A stretch of 64,000 bases of DNA from IMG/VR virus record IMGVR_UViG_3300025459_000003, positions 32,001 through 96,000 of that record; one strand, written 5' to 3'. The position numbers and the translations under genes were made by a program. The notes below the pieces were generated by a model. The model did not search any database, had not been told where the DNA came from, and saw nothing but the letters and a program-made list of their open reading frames with translations. The number at the start of each line of letters is the position of its first letter. Positions within the stretch are counted from its first letter, which is position 1. Below are positions 58,046 to 64,000 of this stretch, piece by piece. The stretch is from a virus.

Positions 58046-58333
58046 ATGAAGCCCCAAAAAGCGAAGGCGAAGCCCAAGCCTAAGCTGTACCTCCTGGTCT
58101 ACATCGGGCCGCTGGGCCTGAGCTGGACCGAGATAAGGGTACTGGCCAAGCCGCCGGAGAGCCTCTATTCCATCGGTCGCGGCGAGGGGCAGGCGCTCCT
58201 GTTCAAGCTGGACAAGTTCGACTGCTCCACCGAGTTCTTCGAGGCGCTCATGAATGGCCAAGTGGCTGCGGACCTTGCCAATTTCCACTTCAGGGTTAAC
58301 GTCGAGAATGCGATAAAGGCATCAAAAGACTAG
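58046..58333 (+). CDS. hypothetical protein
   Basis: AAGGAG RBS. Confidence 0.5.
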   Translation: MKPQKAKAKPKPKLYLLVYIGPLGLSWTEIRVLAKPPESLYSIGRGEGQALLFKLDKFDCSTEFFEALMNGQVAADLANFHFRVNVENAIKASKD

Positions 58334-58519
58334 CTGGGGGAAAACATGACCACGATCACGAAGTAAATCGGCACCAACAAGGTGGAGGCCAACAGGCGCA
58401 CCGTTGACGAATCCGTATACGTCCGCATTACCTCCAAGGACAACGACAACGTTTACCTGGAATTGGACGAGCTCAGGCAGGTCGTCGCCCTGGCAAAGGC
58501 TGTGGAGAAGGCGTAGAAA

Positions 58520-59602
58520 ATGAGCAAGGAATCGTTCTCGCATCAGTTCGTCGACTACGCGGCGGGGAGGAAGAACCCCCCGCAGCTCACCGTGATGGTG
58601 GGGCCCGCCGGGTCGGGAAAGTCCACTGTGGCGAAGGCATGGGTCAACTGGGGGCAGGGCAAGGTCATACGGTTCAACCGGGACTCCCTCCGCTCCATGC
58701 TGTTCGGCGACTCCCCGTGGAACCACAGGAACGAGGACTTCGTTCGCAAGTACGAGGAGAATGGCGTGCGGCTGGCCCTGAGCAGGGGGCTCAGCGCCAT
58801 CGTGGACGACACCAACTGCACCGCCCGCCGCCGCCTCAGATGGGAGCGGATGGCCAGGGCGTCCAGGGCGGCGTTCGACCTCGTCCTGATGAACGCATCC
58901 GAGAAGGAATGCATCGAGAGGAACAAGGGGAGGACGGGAAAGGAGTGCGTCCCCGAGGAGGCCATAAGGCGGCAGTTCCAGAGGCTGCGGGAAGCGCCCG
59001 TGGTGCCCGCCGGATACGAGATCGTGGAGTTCAACCGGGCCGTGTGCGACTGGCAGGCCCTCCTGGCGACCGGGACCGGAGACGGGCTCGTCCTGCGGCT
59101 CCCCGAGGCCCAGGTCGTGTTCTGCGACGTGGACGGGACGCTTGCCGACCACGAGGGCGTGAGGGACCAGTACGACGAGAGCAAGGTCCTGCTGGACAGG
59201 TGCCGGGAGCCCGTGGCGGCATGGCTCAGGGCGCTCTACCCGACCCACAACATCATCATCGTAAGCGGGCGGCACGACACCTGCTGCGCCGACACCTGCG
59301 ATTGGCTGGAGGCCAGCCGGGCCCCCTTCGACTTCATCTTCATGCGGCCTGCGGGATCGGACGTCTCGGACCACATCGTCAAGCAGAACATCCTGGATGC
59401 CGTCCTGGCCTGGATTCCGAAGGATCGCATAGCCTTCGCCATCGACGACCGCCCCAAGGTCGTCGAGCAGGTATGGAGGGCGAACGGCATCAAGGCCTAC
59501 CCCGTGGGCGGGACCATCGAGCATTCCGCGACGTGCCCGTTCGAGGCGGACGGCAAGGGCTGGCGTCGCTGCCCCGGATGCGGGGCGCTGGAGGATTTTT
59601 AG
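58520..59602 (+). CDS. pseT: polynucleotide 5'-kinase/3'-phosphatase (T4 PseT-like)
   Basis: GPAGSGKST, NRD, DDTN; HAD DVDGT, SGR, IDDR. Confidence 0.9.
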   Translation: MSKESFSHQFVDYAAGRKNPPQLTVMVGPAGSGKSTVAKAWVNWGQGKVIRFNRDSLRSMLFGDSPWNHRNEDFVRKYEENGVRLALSRGLSAIVDDTNCTARRRLRWERMARASRAAFDLVLMNASEKECIERNKGRTGKECVPEEAIRRQFQRLREAPVVPAGYEIVEFNRAVCDWQALLATGTGDGLVLRLPEAQVVFCDVDGTLADHEGVRDQYDESKVLLDRCREPVAAWLRALYPTHNIIIVSGRHDTCCADTCDWLEASRAPFDFIFMRPAGSDVSDHIVKQNILDAVLAWIPKDRIAFAIDDRPKVVEQVWRANGIKAYPVGGTIEHSATCPFEADGKGWRRCPGCGALEDF

Positions 59603-59907
59603 GAATTTTCGAGGAACTCTCGATGATTATCAATGGCAAGTCGTACCCGATGAACACTTGGCTGTACATACGCAGCCGGTTCCTATTTCAGTACCTCTGG
59701 ATGAAGCACAACTTTCCGACACTCGCCAGATACTACTGGGAGGCTTGATGGCAGGAAACGAATTGCACATCTCGGAAAGCGAGCCACCATCTTCTTCCCC
59801 CGAGACCGTCCTCGTCAGGGCGGTCAACGGGGCCACGGGAAGGGTGGTGTACTTGCGGCTGTCAAGGAAGTGGTACGAGGAAATCCTATTCTTTTCGGGA
59901 GGATACA

Positions 59908-60198
59908 ATGAAGAACCAGAAGCATGACAGGATCGCCGCCGAGGCGTTGGTCGAGGTCGTAAAGCTCACCGAAGCGGTGGAGTGTGCGGCATGCCACAAC
60001 AAGGGCGGCCTGTTCCTGCGCCTCTCCCAGGAGGTGCCGAACTGCGCCGGGACGAAGCCGATACCGGTCGTGGCCTATGTCCACCTCGACTGCATCATCG
60101 CGGAGGTCAACATGGGCAGCGGCCGGGTCGTCCGGGCGTCGCGGGCGGGGGACCGGATAGTGTGCCTCCTGGGCGAGCCGCCGGACTACGATTCCTGA
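59908..60198 (+). CDS. hypothetical protein
   Basis: RBS; 96 aa. Confidence 0.45.
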   Translation: MKNQKHDRIAAEALVEVVKLTEAVECAACHNKGGLFLRLSQEVPNCAGTKPIPVVAYVHLDCIIAEVNMGSGRVVRASRAGDRIVCLLGEPPDYDS

Positions 60199-60411
60199 AA
60201 GGTGGCCTCCGATGAAAAGCCACACGCTTAGCACCCTGAGGCGGGCCCTGGCCAGGGGCAACAAGGTGGCCGTGGGATGGTTCCTCGCTCCGGATGGCGG
60301 GACGATAAGCGAGGGGAAGACATTCTCCGATTATCCGTCATTAAAAGCCTATGTTAAAGTCAACGGCTTCCATGGCGACTGCTTTGTAATTAGAAACGAG
60401 AAGAAGGGGCA

Positions 60412-61191
60412 ATGACCAATCTCCAGGACAAGGAATACGAGGACGATCATGGAAAGCCCGTACCGGCAGAGAAGGTAACCTGCCTCGGCTCCTATACCCA
60501 TCACTGCGACGGGTTCTTTCAATGGACCTGCGGAAAATGCGGGGTGCAGCACAACAACCGCTGGTGTCATATAAGCGGCATCGTGTGGTACTGCGGAACG
60601 CCCCGGACAATCTACCTTGTCGGCACCAACGCAGATGGGCTCGCAAACACCAAGATCGTCTATGACGATGGCTGCGGGGCGCTCAACCTGCTGGTCCGCA
60701 CCAACTGCAAGGAAATCACCGAGTCCTTGGTCAAGAAATGGGAGGAGACGGAGCGCTGGAAGGAGAACGAGAAGCTCAGAGGTATCGTCCATTTCAACGA
60801 GGAAAAGCTCAACGAAATCAGGAGGGAAGTCGTCAATGCCGTATCCCAGGCCCTGAACTCTGCTATCTATCTGACGGAGAAAAAAATGAAAGACAACAGG
60901 GAAACCCCGAAGGAGTTCGCCCAGTGGGTGCGAAACTGGCAGGCGGGCCTGACGCAGGCATTCCACGGGAACTTGAGGATGGCGCTGGATGCCCAGAACT
61001 GCCTCGAACACCTGACGGGAGACAAGAAATCCATATTGGACAGGATGAATGCCCTGTTCGACAAGGAGACCGTCAAGGTAGCGTACAAGCTGTACTATGG
61101 GAAAGTTCCCGAGGCGTATGCCGACCTGTGGGCGACCGTGAGGCCGCACGGCAAGGACGAGAGGTTCTACGAGGACGGAAAGGGGGAGTGA
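60412..61191 (+). CDS. hypothetical protein (Cys-rich N-terminus, coiled-coil C-terminus)
   Basis: 259 aa; coupled start. Confidence 0.55.
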   Translation: MTNLQDKEYEDDHGKPVPAEKVTCLGSYTHHCDGFFQWTCGKCGVQHNNRWCHISGIVWYCGTPRTIYLVGTNADGLANTKIVYDDGCGALNLLVRTNCKEITESLVKKWEETERWKENEKLRGIVHFNEEKLNEIRREVVNAVSQALNSAIYLTEKKMKDNRETPKEFAQWVRNWQAGLTQAFHGNLRMALDAQNCLEHLTGDKKSILDRMNALFDKETVKVAYKLYYGKVPEAYADLWATVRPHGKDERFYEDGKGE

Positions 61192-61562
61192 TGGACAGCG
61201 ACGGCGAATTCAGGATGTGCTTCCCGTCCTTCGAGGAACTGGGGATGTCCGGCGACGCGTCCCTGTTCAGGATCGTCCGCATGGGGCAGCGCCAGGGATG
61301 GGACGAGTGCGCCAAGCGGATGGAGGACAGGCTCAGGGAGGCCGAGACGGAGCGGGACCTCGCCCTCCGGGCTGGCAACGAGGTATTGTTCCAGATGCGC
61401 AGCATCCTCGCGTCGCTCGGGGCTGACGGACGGGGCTTCGAGCGGAAATACGTGCTGAAGTGCGAGGCCATCGCCGAGAAGGCGGCGAAGGACGTCCTGC
61501 TCACGACAAGGAAGCCCAAAGGGGGCTGCCATGCGCCGATCCTGGTCATGGGGGAGGGATAG
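61191..61562 (+). CDS. hypothetical protein
   Basis: TGATG coupling. Confidence 0.5.
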   Translation: MDSDGEFRMCFPSFEELGMSGDASLFRIVRMGQRQGWDECAKRMEDRLREAETERDLALRAGNEVLFQMRSILASLGADGRGFERKYVLKCEAIAEKAAKDVLLTTRKPKGGCHAPILVMGEG

Positions 61563-61565
61563 AAA

Positions 61566-62447
61566 ATGCTGGGCTCGCTCTTGAAGGCTGGAGACTCCGT
61601 AACGATCACCATCGAGAAGGAAAGCCGGGAATGGGGATACAACCCCTGTCCGGACGGGACCACCGCCACCGTCGTCGGATTCGAAGAAACCTACCATGGC
61701 CGCCTCCTTGGGCGGGCACCAGGAGTGTACGTCAACGAATTCTGGGTCAGGCTCCGCTTCGCTGACGGGAAGGAGCACACCGAGTTCGCCGGGCGCATCG
61801 AGCTGGCCGACAAGGAGGAGTCCGAAAGGCGGATTGCCGCCTACCGGGAGGCGCTGCGGCTCGACCCCGACTATTGGAAAGGCACCCAGCAGCGTCTACG
61901 GGACCTTCCGGAGACGCCGTTCTGGGAGATGGACTGGGTCAGGGCAGCCAGGACGTCGGGGGTGGTGAGCATCTACGAGCACATGCCCCCCAGTTGCAGG
62001 CCCGAAATACTCCAGGTCGTGGGCATCGACTACCACCACCTTGCCACGAAATGCCTGGACGGCTCCAAGTTCCCAGCCTACCGGATTTCGAGCAAGGTCG
62101 GGGCGGGATGGGACACCTCGGCCAAGGATGACGACCTCGTCCTGGAGGAAAGGGGGCCGGTCTGGAAGTACTACCACAAGGAGCCCCTCAGCTTTTCCTC
62201 CCTCAAGGAGGAGGGCAACTTCTTCGACTGGGTCGGAGAGGCCGAGGAGGTCCGGAACCCGACCACCGGCCAGTACGCATGGACGAAGGAAGAGGCGCTG
62301 GAGGCCATACGAAAGGGCGTCGCCCACGGGTTTTCCGCCTCGAACGGCCTTTTTGGGGACGGTCCCTACATCAGCGTCAAGCGGTTCAAGGACCCCGGGC
62401 TGGGCGCGAGGATCGCAATCGCCACGCTGGAGGGCTTCAGGGAATAA
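61566..62447 (+). CDS. hypothetical protein
   Basis: 293 aa; RBS; good composition. Confidence 0.65.
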   Translation: MLGSLLKAGDSVTITIEKESREWGYNPCPDGTTATVVGFEETYHGRLLGRAPGVYVNEFWVRLRFADGKEHTEFAGRIELADKEESERRIAAYREALRLDPDYWKGTQQRLRDLPETPFWEMDWVRAARTSGVVSIYEHMPPSCRPEILQVVGIDYHHLATKCLDGSKFPAYRISSKVGAGWDTSAKDDDLVLEERGPVWKYYHKEPLSFSSLKEEGNFFDWVGEAEEVRNPTTGQYAWTKEEALEAIRKGVAHGFSASNGLFGDGPYISVKRFKDPGLGARIAIATLEGFRE

Positions 62448-63026
62448 AGAATCGGGAGCATACACCAAAATGACAATTGGAATGAACAATGCCAAGAGTT
62501 CCGCTCCGGCGAACCTAGTGCTTCCAAAAGCAACCAAGGCCCCCAAAGCCATTGGTAAATCTGTGTCCGTAACCTTAAATGTTGAACTGCGGATACTTAT
62601 TTTGACTACGGGTTCATGCCCAACGGGCTTTCAGAAGTCCAGATAAGGTAGGGATAAGCCATGTGCCAGCTTTGACCGCAGGCGGCAGCGGCGGTCGCCG
62701 CAGGGACGGGGATGGCGATGGTCTGGTGGAAGCACTGGGCATACAAGGCGCTGGGCCTCCTGAGGCTGGCCAGGTCGTGGGCGAGGGGACTGCATGGGAC
62801 AAAGCAAAGTTAGCTTGCGGAAGCTGACCATAGTCGAACGGCTATGGATATGGGTCTTTTTGTGCAGGAGCCATGCTTGGGGGAAACCGAAAACCCTCGG
62901 ATGTGTGCCCTACCCGGCCCCGTTCGATTCCCAACAGTCATGCGAAAAGTGCGCATCTATGCGCCTTTACGATTTCAAGTCCATGCGACCCGGACCGTGT
63001 TTTGACCTTTCCTACAACGCAGAGGG

Positions 63027-63638
63027 ATGGGATGGACTATGGCTCAAATAAAGGACTCTAGCACAAACCGCAGCCGGTTCGTTATGCATTACCTGCTCAA
63101 CGACTTCCAGGATTCGTCAGCGGAGTTCACGGTGAAGCTCGCCGGAATCCTGAAGGAGCACTTTCCCAGGGACCTGTTCTTCCAAGGGGGGATTCCCTAC
63201 CCTGCGGGCTTCGTTCCGGGAAAATGGCCCTTCCCGCCCGCCTCGATAGCCATGCCCCCGGGCGTCGCCCCCCATTCTTTGCTGATCGGGATCGGGACCG
63301 GCGGGAACGTGGCATGCGAGATGCAGGACGATTCGAGGTTCTCGGGTGTCTCCGTGTTCGCCGTTTCCATGCCTTCCGGGATCGACACCCATCCAGGAAA
63401 GGGTTCCCGCGTCGACCTGAAGGGCTCCCGCGACGGGACGTACGGCCCTTCCGTGCTGCTGCGGCACCACAGAACCCCCAACCCCAATTCCATCCAGATA
63501 TACCTCCTGCCGTGCCTGGCCCACGGGCCCGGGCTTGCTGCATACGCCATAGCCTACCTGATCGGGGAGTACCTGATGCGGGAGGACATATGCGACTCCG
63601 TCATGGCGATAAGCGGCGTCTCCCCTTCCTCTCCATAA
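63027..63638 (+). CDS. hypothetical protein (weak alpha/beta-hydrolase-like GIGTGG)
   Basis: 203-aa ORF. Confidence 0.4.
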   Translation: MGWTMAQIKDSSTNRSRFVMHYLLNDFQDSSAEFTVKLAGILKEHFPRDLFFQGGIPYPAGFVPGKWPFPPASIAMPPGVAPHSLLIGIGTGGNVACEMQDDSRFSGVSVFAVSMPSGIDTHPGKGSRVDLKGSRDGTYGPSVLLRHHRTPNPNSIQIYLLPCLAHGPGLAAYAIAYLIGEYLMREDICDSVMAISGVSPSSP

Positions 63639-63642
63639 TCCC

Positions 63643-63671
63643 TTGCCAAAGGCATCCGAGAAAGGTATAAT
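63643..63671 (+). promoter_or_regulatory. sigma70 promoter TTGCCA-N17-TATAAT preceded by AATCCC
   Basis: Near-consensus; precedes an ORF starting at 63678 that runs off the window. Confidence 0.75.
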
Positions 63672-64000
63672 ATGGGCATGGAAACCCATCCAAGACTGGC
63701 CACCCTGACCTACAAAGGCCGGTGCTACGACGCCGGGGAGGGGGGAGGGGTTTGGTGCGGGCTCTGCGGCAGGCCTTCCGGTAGGCTCGTCTTCATACTC
63801 AAGGGTCCCTTCGGGAATGCGCCCATAGGGAAGTGCTGCTTCGAAATCTTCAAGGCCGCCAATCCGGGAATCCATTCCGCCCTCAAGGCGAGCCAAGCCT
63901 TCCTGGAAGGGGTGGCATGGGCCTCCCACAGGGACGCCAGAAGGCAGGAAGCCATCGCCAGGACATGGGGCAAGGAGGCGGCGTGGAAGGCGCTTAAAAA

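Noticed and set aside
1-64000. Genome-wide TAG or TGA recoding
   Set aside because: Genes are intact in code 11 and many end in TAG or TGA directly before the next start

Overview
GC-rich segment of what is most likely a large (jumbo-type) bacteriophage genome. It has a large terminase, collagen-like fibre genes, homing endonucleases, three DNA methyltransferases, PNK and peptide deformylase, and no core cellular housekeeping genes. Two PEP-CTERM genes suggest an Acidobacteria-like or other diderm host (inference). The main finding is a compact minus-strand CRISPR locus at 32721-40553 with no cas1/cas2. It contains a promoter, an ~850-aa TnpB/Cas12-like protein with two of three RuvC catalytic residues replaced (predicted nuclease-dead), a 1045-aa SF2 helicase fused to a class I SAM methyltransferase, a coupled 102-aa basic protein, a hairpin-containing leader, and an array of 25 36-nt repeats with mostly 30-nt spacers. 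One spacer looks like a tRNA 5' half. Another encodes the same GPTGYTGP collagen motif as this phage's own fibres, pointing to a related phage as the target. Other points: an ~11-kb glycosylation/methylation cluster beside Thr-rich collagen fibres; a C5 methyltransferase with an overlapping alternative-frame motif-IX polypeptide and a 5-nt frameshift; KxA-punctuated putative head polyproteins; a sigma54 promoter ahead of a 29-aa membrane peptide; and a tRNA-like structured intergenic RNA. All calls come from reading motifs by eye; no database searches were run.
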